Positions 55,717 through 64,000 of a stretch of 64,000 nucleotides of DNA are shown piece by piece (position 1 is the first letter of the stretch; every line of letters starts with the position of its first letter). The position numbers and the translations under genes are program-made. The stretch lies in contig JASMDC010000013.1 in the NCBI GenBank assembly GCA_030753015.1, positions 25,216 to 89,215 of the forward strand, read 5' to 3'. The notes under the pieces were generated by a model. That model did not search any database and was not told the origin of the DNA. It was given only the letters and a program-made list of their open reading frames with translations. The DNA comes from Candidatus Undinarchaeales archaeon. Lineage in GTDB: Archaea > SpSt-1190 > JASMDC01.

Positions 55717-57423
55717 TCAGGCACCTCGCTTCTTCTTTGAAGATACTGAATCGTCTTTATCACTCTTTGCCTTCTGCAAGGGTGACGGGGATCTTGCCTG
55801 TATTGTGAGGTACACTCGCTCCCACGTGTCCGTGTACCGTTCGGGTATGGACAGGCTCAGTCGGATTGCGAGCCGCTCCCCGTCCAGAGCGTAATTAACG
55901 GTATCGGCCTCGAACCGTGTCTTCCCTTCCGCTAGAGCGACGATCTCGTGCCTGAACATGGCATATGACTCCTCCTTGAACACCTTGGGTAGCCCCGCAA
56001 GGAGCTCGTCCTTGCTCGATGCCTTGTACAGGTCGAGGGTATGCTGGTTGACATCGATGACTCGTACTATCCTTGCGAGCTTGACCAGTTCCTCCGGATG
56101 ATTATCGAGGTAGGAATCCAGGTCGGTCACACCCTCGCGCTTCAGCTCCTCGATGCGTTTCTTGCCTTCCGAGAAGTCCTCCTCCCACATCGAGATGGGA
56201 GCGTGCTCGAACAGGAACCGGTACCGCACCTCGCTCTCCTCCAGCGCCCTTTGCACCTCCTCCTTCTCCCTGAGGGTCTTTCTCAGCTCATCGCTCTCCC
56301 GTTTCAGCTCGGGTGCCGTTAGCTTCATGGCGAGCTTGAGGCTCACCATCATCCGCTCGAAGGCCCGGGCAAGCTCGCCGATCTCGTCCCGCGAGCCCGT
56401 GAGCTCCGGGTCGATGGTCGCCTCCATGTTCCCCAGGCTGATGTCCTCGAGGGTCGAACGCAGCTTCATGAGGGGGCGGGAGATCGAGTGGGCGGTCATG
56501 AGCGCGATGGCGATGACGGGCATCATCAGGATGAACAGAGCTGCTGTTGCACGGTCCTGAGCTCTATCGATCGGGTTCGTGATCTCCTCGGAATCGATCT
56601 TCACGACGAGCCCCCAGTCCGTCGCAGGGATGTACCGGGTCGCGGCCAGCACGGCCTGACCACGATAGTCCACATCCTGTGTGAACGTGTTCTCTGTCCT
56701 TGAGAGCGCCTGGATGATGGGAGCGTCCGTCCGTTCCTTGGGCATGGTATGATCCTCGCCCTCGATCTCGAACCGCAGCGGTGTGATGAAGTGAGCGTTA
56801 CCATCAGCACCTCTCATCGCGACCATGCTCTCACCCGTTTGCCCTAGGCCGGTCCGGTCCCTTGTCACGTCGATGATGCTGTCCATGCTGGCCTTGATGC
56901 AGATGACACCGATGGTCCTGTTATCGAGCACAAGGGGACCGACGAGGAGGAGCTGATGATGTATCTGGTCATTGGACCTGGCCTCCAGGTACGATCTTGT
57001 AACGCCCTTCTCGAGCTGTGGACCCGTCAGGGGGGATGTACCTTCGCTCGACGGATCTGTCGATGCGAGGACTCTCCCACCCTGATCCAGCACTGATATC
57101 TCCTCGAAGTCAGGGATCGATCCCCGTGCGTCGGCCAGGATGCGCCGCATCGTCACCAGGTCCTCGTCGCCCGCTTCCCGCAAGAACCGCTCTAAACTTA
57201 TGCGTAGCTGGGTGCGGCTCGAGACCAGTTCAAGTCGCTCGATATTACTGTCCACGACCTCCTCGACCCGTGCCTCCTGGATCGCGGCGAGGGCGTCCAG
57301 CTTCTCCGTCGCGAACTTCACGGCCTCGCGTTCTGCGATATCGAAGGTTACGAGCCCGATGATCATCATGGGGATTACGGATACGAGCAGCAGCGTTACA
57401 GGTAGCCGTCGCTTGAGGTCCAT
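55717..57423 (-). CDS. Membrane sensor: TM-Cache-TM-HAMP-coiled coil-PAS, no kinase domain
   Basis: Two TMs flanking a Cache-like domain (DYRGQAVLAA..Y....WGLVVKID); HAMP (ISRPL...DEIGELARAF); PAS (YRFLFEHAPIS...VNQ). Confidence 0.85.
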   Translation of the reverse strand: MDLKRRLPVTLLLVSVIPMMIIGLVTFDIAEREAVKFATEKLDALAAIQEARVEEVVDSNIERLELVSSRTQLRISLERFLREAGDEDLVTMRRILADARGSIPDFEEISVLDQGGRVLASTDPSSEGTSPLTGPQLEKGVTRSYLEARSNDQIHHQLLLVGPLVLDNRTIGVICIKASMDSIIDVTRDRTGLGQTGESMVAMRGADGNAHFITPLRFEIEGEDHTMPKERTDAPIIQALSRTENTFTQDVDYRGQAVLAATRYIPATDWGLVVKIDSEEITNPIDRAQDRATAALFILMMPVIAIALMTAHSISRPLMKLRSTLEDISLGNMEATIDPELTGSRDEIGELARAFERMMVSLKLAMKLTAPELKRESDELRKTLREKEEVQRALEESEVRYRFLFEHAPISMWEEDFSEGKKRIEELKREGVTDLDSYLDNHPEELVKLARIVRVIDVNQHTLDLYKASSKDELLAGLPKVFKEESYAMFRHEIVALAEGKTRFEADTVNYALDGERLAIRLSLSIPERYTDTWERVYLTIQARSPSPLQKAKSDKDDSVSSKKKRGA

Positions 57424-57433
57424 GGTGCTCCTA

Positions 57434-59155
57434 TCACCCGCCGTTGAGGATGGCGAACACCCGTTCCTTGAACCGCTTGGCGTCGTCCTTTTTGAGAATG
57501 CCCTGCTTTGTGAGGTCCTTGAGGTAGTCCTCGATGTGCTCCTTGGTCAGGCCACGTGACTTCAGGTCACTGAACACGGTCCCGGCCATGGGCCCGATGA
57601 ACTGTTTGAACTCCTCGTTGAGACGCTCCTCCAGGGAATCGGACACCTTCCGTCCGACACCGGTGAGCATGCCCTCGTACCCCCTGAAGGACGGGCCTAT
57701 CACCATGCCCTCTTCGGTGATATCGTACCTTCGCAGGCCTTTGCTGTGGGCGCTGCCGCGGACCTTGAGGATATTGAGCATGAGCTTGAGCTCCCCTTCC
57801 ATCTCTACGTACCGCAACATGATGATGTTGTCGGTCATTGTGGAGAGGGTGCTCTCTGTGAGGGTGGTCTGGCCGATGAGGGACTGAGTGGCCATCGTGA
57901 ATATGGCCGTTGCTCCGCTCCCCTTCAAGTAGCCATTGAGCCGCTGGGCGAATCCGTTGAACACGTCTCCCGGGTACGAGTTGGAGACGGATGAGAGCGA
58001 GTCCACGACGCACCGCTTTATGTTCTTCTTCTCCACGATGTGCTTGATCTGGTGCAGGTGCTCCTCAGGCAGCTTCTCGCCTGGATATGCGCACCGGATG
58101 GTCAACAGACCTTCCCGCTCGTACCACTCCATATCCCAGCCAAAGCCCTTGGCGTTGCGGAGGAACTGCTCCCGGCTCTCCTCGAACCCAACGTACAAGG
58201 ACGCTTCGCCATGGCGGAGACCCTCCATGATGAAGTGCATCCCGAGCAGCGTCTTCCCCGTCCCTGTGGGGCCTGCCACGAGCGTGGACGAGCCCTCTAG
58301 AAGGCCGCCTGTCACCATCTCGTCCAGCTCCGGGACACCGGTGGACATGCGCTGAGTCGACGATCCGTAGTTGAGCTCTGTCCTTAGCAGCGGGAACGCA
58401 GTGATGCCTCCGTCGGTGATCCTGAAGAATAGCTCCTCGGCACGGTAGCTGCGGCCCCTGACCTTGACGAGACCCATCACACGCTGGAGCTCGCCACGCA
58501 CCTTCACCTGGTCCATCCTGAGGATGGCGTCGGAGATGAACTCCTCCACTCCGTACACCGAGTAGTGCCCTTCTGCGGTAACCTCGCTGGTGAGGATGGT
58601 AGTGCAACCAAGGCTTGCAAGAACTGTGCCAAGCTTGAAAATGAACTGCCTGATCTGGGCCTTGTCCTGGAGCTGATAGGCGATGGCCGTGACCGAGTCG
58701 ATGCACAGGCGTTTAGCGTTCTGCGCTTTTACCTGCTTCTCGATGAAGTCGATGACCTTCTCCTGGTCGAAATCCTTACCCGTCTTTGTGACGTTACGGG
58801 CCAGAATGTCCTGAAGGTCTACGATCATTATCTGCTCGTTCTCAAGCGCGTCCCGGTCGTAGAAGCTCATGGCCTCGAGGTTCTCGACAGCCTTGAAGAG
58901 GGGTTCGGTGACGGTGAAATAGATCCCCTTCTCGCCGTGGTGGACGCCCGCAAAAAGCCACTGGAACGAGAGGATGGTCTTACCGCTCCCCGAGGAACCG
59001 GCAAGGAGCACGACCGCTCCCTTGGGGAATCCCCCGCCCAGGATGTTGTCGAGCTCCCTCACTCCTGTGTAGGAATTCTCCTCGACGATCTCGGCGAGGT
59101 CCTCGCCCTCCTCCTCGTATAGCTTGTCGTCCTTCTTCGGAACCAGCGGTACCAC
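57434..59155 (-). CDS. kaiC: Double-domain KaiC-family ATPase
   Basis: Two RecA domains (GSSGSGKT, GPTGTGKT); VEEFISD in CI; FEES; LSTMTDNIIMLRYVE in CII; LKVRGSAHSK. Confidence 0.88.
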   Translation of the reverse strand: MVPLVPKKDDKLYEEEGEDLAEIVEENSYTGVRELDNILGGGFPKGAVVLLAGSSGSGKTILSFQWLFAGVHHGEKGIYFTVTEPLFKAVENLEAMSFYDRDALENEQIMIVDLQDILARNVTKTGKDFDQEKVIDFIEKQVKAQNAKRLCIDSVTAIAYQLQDKAQIRQFIFKLGTVLASLGCTTILTSEVTAEGHYSVYGVEEFISDAILRMDQVKVRGELQRVMGLVKVRGRSYRAEELFFRITDGGITAFPLLRTELNYGSSTQRMSTGVPELDEMVTGGLLEGSSTLVAGPTGTGKTLLGMHFIMEGLRHGEASLYVGFEESREQFLRNAKGFGWDMEWYEREGLLTIRCAYPGEKLPEEHLHQIKHIVEKKNIKRCVVDSLSSVSNSYPGDVFNGFAQRLNGYLKGSGATAIFTMATQSLIGQTTLTESTLSTMTDNIIMLRYVEMEGELKLMLNILKVRGSAHSKGLRRYDITEEGMVIGPSFRGYEGMLTGVGRKVSDSLEERLNEEFKQFIGPMAGTVFSDLKSRGLTKEHIEDYLKDLTKQGILKKDDAKRFKERVFAILNGG

Positions 59156-59218
59156 CTGTAGAGTAAGGTGACGGACCGCAGTAATTTAAGCGTTTATTCT
59201 CGGCCGGCAGGGGGAACA

Positions 59219-61483
59219 CTAACCTTCACGCGGCAGAACGCGCCACGCGGCAAGGTAGCAGCACCCGGCCACCGCGAGCGCCCATCGGAAGCCGATGACC
59301 ATCCCCAGTTCCTGCGCTGCGAGGGAGCCAACGACCGAGGCAGCACCGTTGAGGGCCCATGCCACCGGTACGGCGTTCCCACCGATGCGAGCGAGCCCTG
59401 TCGGGAACGGCACCCCCATGAGAAGGCCCAAGGGTGCCACGAGGGCAACGACGGCCATCGATCGTTGTAGTCTATCTAGAGCGAGAGCGCTCGGGATCAG
59501 GACGTCCAGGAGGATAGGGGACGCGATGCAGAGGATGCCCAGGGCAGCTATTGCCCGGGAGGGATCGGCCAGTCGCGAGGAGAGGAGGGCTCCCAGACCG
59601 GATGAGGCGAGCAGTGCGGCAAGTGTCACTGAGAGGGTGGCAGTGGGAGAGTCAAGGAGCGGTAAGAGTCGATGGATGAGGGCTATCTCCACGGTCATGT
59701 ACGCGAGACCTACCAGCGAGAAGTATAAGGGCACGTTGCGCGGGACCTCTGCAATCTGTCCCTTGAGCGGGAGGACCACCAGGACGAGTGCCAGGACGAG
59801 TGCTTGTACGAGCATCAGCGGTACTATGAAGCCGCCCTCGATGAGCGGTTCCCAGCTCCCACCTCCGCGGTAGAGGTCGCCCGTCCGAGAGAAGCGGAAG
59901 AATTGAGCGAAGAACGGCCGGTCGTCCGAGGCAGGTCGGACGTCGAAGGCATGTCCGGCCAGTGTCCTCCCGGTGTCGGTGACAACGCCGTGGATATCGC
60001 GGAAGAGCAGCCCCTCCCCGCCACCAGGGAACGCAACGGGGCACCCGCGCTCATCGCATCGTGAGCGGATGCGTTCCAGCAGCTCGGTGGGGAGCGGGTT
60101 CGGGGAGACCACGATCGTGTATGTGGAGTAGGACGTGAACACAGCGATGTGGGACTCCAGTGCTGCGACACCCCGGTCCCGAAGGGCCGCTGCGAGTGTG
60201 GACACGAGCTTGACGCTGTCCCGGGGCACGGGGTGGAGGTAGCGTGTGACCACCAGAAGACCGCCAGGTCGGAGGGCGGCCAGGGCCGCGCCCAAACCCT
60301 CGGTCGTGAGCAGCTCGTCGGCCTCGAGGGTCGCCAGACCGGCGGACGAGACGAACGCCCGCCCCCCCTGGGTGAGGAGGATGAGGTCGAACGCTCTGGG
60401 GGAGCGGGCAAGGAAGGGTCGGGGTGTGTCGGCGGCCAGGGACACACGGGGATCGCCGGTGAGGTATCTCTCCTGGATTGTCCTGAGAATGGGATCGGGC
60501 TCCACTGCGGTCACCGATGAGGCACCGGCATGGAGAGCGAGCGCGATATCGAGGCCCGCACCGGGCCGCAGGACAAGCACGTCTCCCGGACGTGTAGGAA
60601 GGGGGACGACAGGGGGCAGGCATGCGGTGAAAGCAAGCTCGTCGCCCGGCACACCGCCCACGGCCTCGCCGTCGACGTACACCCCCAGCTGGGGCGGGAC
60701 GGGTACAGGGCAGTTCAGGCTCATCCCCGGTGCGAACCGCAGGGGCGAGCCGCCGTCAGGACGGGTGGCATTGAGCACGTCGATCCGGCTCGAGGGGCCC
60801 CACTCAGTGGACACCAGACGGGCCGCATCATAGTTGAGGTCGTGCTCCAGGCCCTTGTAGGGCGAGAGTGGGACGGCCATCCCGGGTCCAGCTAGAGCGA
60901 CCACCAGGGCGAGCGCCATGATAAGGCCAGGCATTGCTGCGCTCCGGTCGCGTGCCAGGAGCGGGGCCGCAAGGGAGCCGGCGAGAGCCGCGACAAGGGG
61001 TACGGCGGGACCGCCCAAGGCGGACGCCGCCAGGCAACCGAGGGACGCACCGAGCATGTCCGCCAGGTACACGCGCCATGGCCGACCGTGAGAGAGCGCG
61101 TAGGCAGTGCCCGTGCACATACCAGCGCACAAGAAGGGCAGTGCGATGAACAGATAATAGAGAGGGACGAGCCAGAGTTGCTGATGAGTGAGCACGAGGC
61201 TATAGGGATCGATGGGCGATAGGGCCGCGAGCATGAAGGCGGACGCCGCCGATGCCGCGAAGAGGGCAGGCCACGCGGCCAGGCGCTCGGGCGTCACCAG
61301 TCGGCGACGGATGGAGAGGAGCGTACCGGAGGCGGCGATGCCCATGACGGCACAGCCTACGACCATGACGGCGAAGTGGTGCCACAGTGACACCGAGAGC
61401 ACGCGGGTCAGCGACACCTCGAGGAAGAGGGCCGCTGCCGAGAGGAGCGCGATACCCCCCAGGTCGCGTGGGCGCAGGTCCAT
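59219..61483 (-). CDS. Membrane-fused spermidine-synthase-like / SAM-dependent transferase
   Basis: N- and C-terminal multi-TM blocks around a Rossmann core (VLVLRPGAGLD, AVEPDP, FDLI, PASDDRPFF). Confidence 0.85.
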   Translation of the reverse strand: MDLRPRDLGGIALLSAAALFLEVSLTRVLSVSLWHHFAVMVVGCAVMGIAASGTLLSIRRRLVTPERLAAWPALFAASAASAFMLAALSPIDPYSLVLTHQQLWLVPLYYLFIALPFLCAGMCTGTAYALSHGRPWRVYLADMLGASLGCLAASALGGPAVPLVAALAGSLAAPLLARDRSAAMPGLIMALALVVALAGPGMAVPLSPYKGLEHDLNYDAARLVSTEWGPSSRIDVLNATRPDGGSPLRFAPGMSLNCPVPVPPQLGVYVDGEAVGGVPGDELAFTACLPPVVPLPTRPGDVLVLRPGAGLDIALALHAGASSVTAVEPDPILRTIQERYLTGDPRVSLAADTPRPFLARSPRAFDLILLTQGGRAFVSSAGLATLEADELLTTEGLGAALAALRPGGLLVVTRYLHPVPRDSVKLVSTLAAALRDRGVAALESHIAVFTSYSTYTIVVSPNPLPTELLERIRSRCDERGCPVAFPGGGEGLLFRDIHGVVTDTGRTLAGHAFDVRPASDDRPFFAQFFRFSRTGDLYRGGGSWEPLIEGGFIVPLMLVQALVLALVLVVLPLKGQIAEVPRNVPLYFSLVGLAYMTVEIALIHRLLPLLDSPTATLSVTLAALLASSGLGALLSSRLADPSRAIAALGILCIASPILLDVLIPSALALDRLQRSMAVVALVAPLGLLMGVPFPTGLARIGGNAVPVAWALNGAASVVGSLAAQELGMVIGFRWALAVAGCCYLAAWRVLPREG

Positions 61484-61569
61484 CGCAGGTACCGGGCGCT
61501 CTCAGGAATTAAAAGGTTTGGGCGAGCGCGGGACGGTCCACGACGCGGGCACGAAAGAATAAGGGGGAC

Positions 61570-61668
61570 CTAGAACTCCTCGAACAGGAGCTTCTTGAGG
61601 ATACCAAGGATTAGAATGACAACCCCGATGAGGAGGCCGAGAAGGATATCGGGCACAGAGATGCTCAT
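61570..61668 (-). CDS. 32-aa single-TM small protein (below ORF-track cutoff)
   Basis: MSISVPDILLGLLIGVVILILGILKKLLFEEF; ATATAAAT box about 30 bp upstream on the minus strand. Confidence 0.6.
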   Translation of the reverse strand: MSISVPDILLGLLIGVVILILGILKKLLFEEF

Positions 61669-61730
61669 ACCAACCGAGAGAAGATGTGGCATTGATGATT
61701 TATATTATATCCGCAAGGATAGACCGCACC

Positions 61731-62393
61731 ATGGGCATCCTCAGGAACCTCCTTGCCGTGCTTCTCATTCCCCTCTGTGCCGGGTACACACTAGCCCTGA
61801 TCGATGTCGTCCGTTCCCTGATCAGGATCTCACCGCGTTCGGTGTCCTTCCTGGTCGGGATGGGATTCTTCCTCCTCCACCGGAGGCTCGCCGCACGCAT
61901 CGGTGGTGCCAAGAAGCAGGGCTTCGCAGAGGTGTTCGAGCACGAGCTCACGCACACGGTCGTCGCATGGCTCATGGGCTCCGAGGTGACAGAGTTCCAG
62001 GCGACGGATAAGAAGGGAGGACACATCGCCCACACGCATACGAACTTCATCATCACGCTCGCCCCCTACTTCCTCCCCACCGTCACGGTGCTCGTGCTCA
62101 TGATGGCCCCTGTCATCAAGGACGAGTACAGTCTCTACGTCGTGTTCTTCGCGGGATTCACGTACTGCTACCATCTCCTGTCGACCTGGCACGAGTTCTC
62201 CTTCCACCAGCCCGACATCGAGAAGAGCGGCAAGTTCTTCTCGGTGGTGTTCCTCTATCTCATGAACGTTGTGTTCGTGGGCATCGTACTACAATTCGTC
62301 GACTCGGGGAACTCGACGGTGCTAACCTTCCTGCTCGACGGCCTCAGCCAGAGCCTGACCCTCGTGGTCTCTGCGCTCTCACGCCTCATGTAG
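61731..62393 (+). CDS. M50B-like membrane metallopeptidase
   Basis: FEHELTH HExxH, GGHI, LAPYF, downstream QPDI Asp; multiple TMs. Confidence 0.8.
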   Translation: MGILRNLLAVLLIPLCAGYTLALIDVVRSLIRISPRSVSFLVGMGFFLLHRRLAARIGGAKKQGFAEVFEHELTHTVVAWLMGSEVTEFQATDKKGGHIAHTHTNFIITLAPYFLPTVTVLVLMMAPVIKDEYSLYVVFFAGFTYCYHLLSTWHEFSFHQPDIEKSGKFFSVVFLYLMNVVFVGIVLQFVDSGNSTVLTFLLDGLSQSLTLVVSALSRLM

Positions 62394-62400
62394 GGTCCGT

Positions 62401-62904
62401 CTAGGGACCTAGTTGCGGGTTGGACTCGCCGACTAGCTCACCCGGGGGCATGTCGCCCGTGCCGATGGCGAGTTCCTCGCCCTTTCCGAGCTTCCGGACC
62501 TCGGTACCATCACTGTGCGGGCACCAGTTCTCATCGAAGGCGCCCTCGAGCTTGACCTCCCATCCAGAGGCACCATCCTCGAATGAGGGATTGGTAATGT
62601 GGTTGAAGGGATCAGGGAGCTCCGTGCAGTCAGGAGGGACGCACATCTCGTCCACGGGTGTATCGGTGCAGTCGGGCGGGACGCACAGATCCTCCTCGTC
62701 GGATTCATCGGGTGTGGCCGTCGGCATGGGTGTGATGACCGGAGGCTGTTCGGTCGGGAGCGGCGTGAGGATCTGCGGCGAATCCGTCGGGAGCGGCGTG
62801 ATGACCGGAATCGTCGGGGTGGGTTCGATCGTCGGTTCTGCCACCGTCAGGAGCGATACCACCAGGAATAATGCGAACAGGGTCCTATGCCTTCTCATAA
62901 ACAC
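62401..62904 (-). CDS. Secreted Pro/Thr-rich protein, possibly C-terminally truncated
   Basis: Signal peptide; ITPLPT repeats; CVPPDCT x2; NPSFEDG CBM-like start followed by an early stop. Confidence 0.6.
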   Translation of the reverse strand: MFMRRHRTLFALFLVVSLLTVAEPTIEPTPTIPVITPLPTDSPQILTPLPTEQPPVITPMPTATPDESDEEDLCVPPDCTDTPVDEMCVPPDCTELPDPFNHITNPSFEDGASGWEVKLEGAFDENWCPHSDGTEVRKLGKGEELAIGTGDMPPGELVGESNPQLGP

Positions 62905-63015
62905 TTTTCTCCAATGGATGGTTTATATTGGTATTGCACCCGTAAAATAGAGGTCACCGGGGGCCGGTCCGCTTCGACTCCTGGATGGAACGACGATGCT
63001 TGTGGGGAGTCTCTG

Positions 63016-64000
63016 TCATCCTTGGCGACTGTCACCCCACCTATCGCAGTCAGCCCCACACGTGCCATCGTCCTCGAACGGAAACGAGCATATGCTGTCA
63101 CCACAAATCGCGCAGTCAACCAGACACCTGTGCACGCTCTCGAACGGCACCGAGCATGTGCCGTCACCGCAAATAAATTCCAACGTAGACCCGGCGCGTT
63201 TCACGGTCTGGCGATATCCCTTCATACGCCCATCATCATCGTAGCTTATGTCCGTGATGTCGGTCTCGCCCACATCTTCGGAATCGGTTGTATCCTCTAT
63301 TTGGACGCTCGTCACCTTGCCATCATCATCGTAGCTGATCGTGACGGTTATCTCTCTCGTACCCCCTTCATCGGTCACTTCCGTGTACGTGTATCCCGTC
63401 ACTCGGCCCTCGTCATCATAATGGATGTCGGTGACAGTTGTCTCGTCCAGGTCTATTCCACCGGTCACGGTGGTCTCGCGGATCTCCATCACCTCACCGA
63501 GGGAGCCATATTCGATGAAGGTTTCCCTGGTGAATTCCTCCTCCGAGCCCTCGTAGTTTTTGGTAGTGGTCGTTCTCGTCGCCGAGAGCCTACCATAGTA
63601 GTCATACGTGCGTTCCTCATTTTCGATGGTCACCTGCGGGTAGCTCCCCAGGGGCAACAGATCGAGGCCGATCAGGGTGTTACGCCATCCCCGCGCCACG
63701 GAAGCATTCCCGAAGTGGGACTCGATGGAAGTGTACCGCTCGTCCAGGTTCTCACGGAGGTCTGTGTCGTGCACATCCTGGTTCGAGCCGCGGAACTCTG
63801 CCTCTTTCCTCTCCATCAACGCCGACCTGACAGTGTCGTCGGAGGGCCCGGATAGGGTCCCTTTGTCCCATCGCCTGATGCAGAACTTCATGCACGCCTC
63901 AGCCTCTCCCTGCCCCTTGCACTGCTCCCGACAGAGGGTGATGGGATCTGGACCGGATGGTTCCGGCGGTGCCCTGTCGCACACCCTACCGCATGTGTCG
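63016..64000 (-). CDS. Partial protein with YD-like repeats and CGDGxC Cys-rich tail (5' end outside window)
   Basis: Frame open to 64000; YDYYGRL, YDDEGRV, YDDDGKV, YDDDGRM; CGDGTC and CGDSIC units. Confidence 0.8.
   Translation of the reverse strand, partial: DTCGRVCDRAPPEPSGPDPITLCREQCKGQGEAEACMKFCIRRWDKGTLSGPSDDTVRSALMERKEAEFRGSNQDVHDTDLRENLDERYTSIESHFGNASVARGWRNTLIGLDLLPLGSYPQVTIENEERTYDYYGRLSATRTTTTKNYEGSEEEFTRETFIEYGSLGEVMEIRETTVTGGIDLDETTVTDIHYDDEGRVTGYTYTEVTDEGGTREITVTISYDDDGKVTSVQIEDTTDSEDVGETDITDISYDDDGRMKGYRQTVKRAGSTLEFICGDGTCSVPFESVHRCLVDCAICGDSICSFPFEDDGTCGADCDRWGDSRQG

Noticed and set aside
57434-59155. Bona fide circadian clock
   Set aside because: No kaiA or kaiB in the window; the context is sensor and adaptor genes.

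Overview
GC-rich archaeal DNA. Evidence: ABCE1/Rli1, an archaeal NusA-like KH protein, NadM, TATA-box promoters and a tRNA with a BHB intron. It is probably from a DPANN-type lineage; this is inferred from a tRNA-Ile(UAU) gene and from families I recall as DPANN-typical. The window holds housekeeping genes (lpdA, nadM, rli, an aminotransferase), two intact IS elements (IS1634 with a 6-bp TSD, IS481 with a 15-bp TSD), a TnpB/IS605 right-end remnant, many large Cys-rich secreted or surface proteins, and a 7-gene kinase-free KaiC/PAS/HAMP signalling cluster. Several things are missing from the ORF track or not explained by it. (1) A >2290-aa secreted ORF runs off the left edge. (2) Two integrase-less segments are bounded by direct repeats of a gene 3' end: 15 bp of tRNA-Gly around a split two-TM gene, and 33 bp of ABCE1 around a 2365-aa gingipain-like protease. 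(3) A 96-97-bp-period array has a conserved palindromic scaffold with a hypervariable 26-27-nt window and lies next to a transposon-associated HTH gene. (4) A two-gene pair resembles an uncharacterised fused protist/fungal protein. All translations outside the ORF track and all family assignments were made by eye or from recall and need database confirmation.
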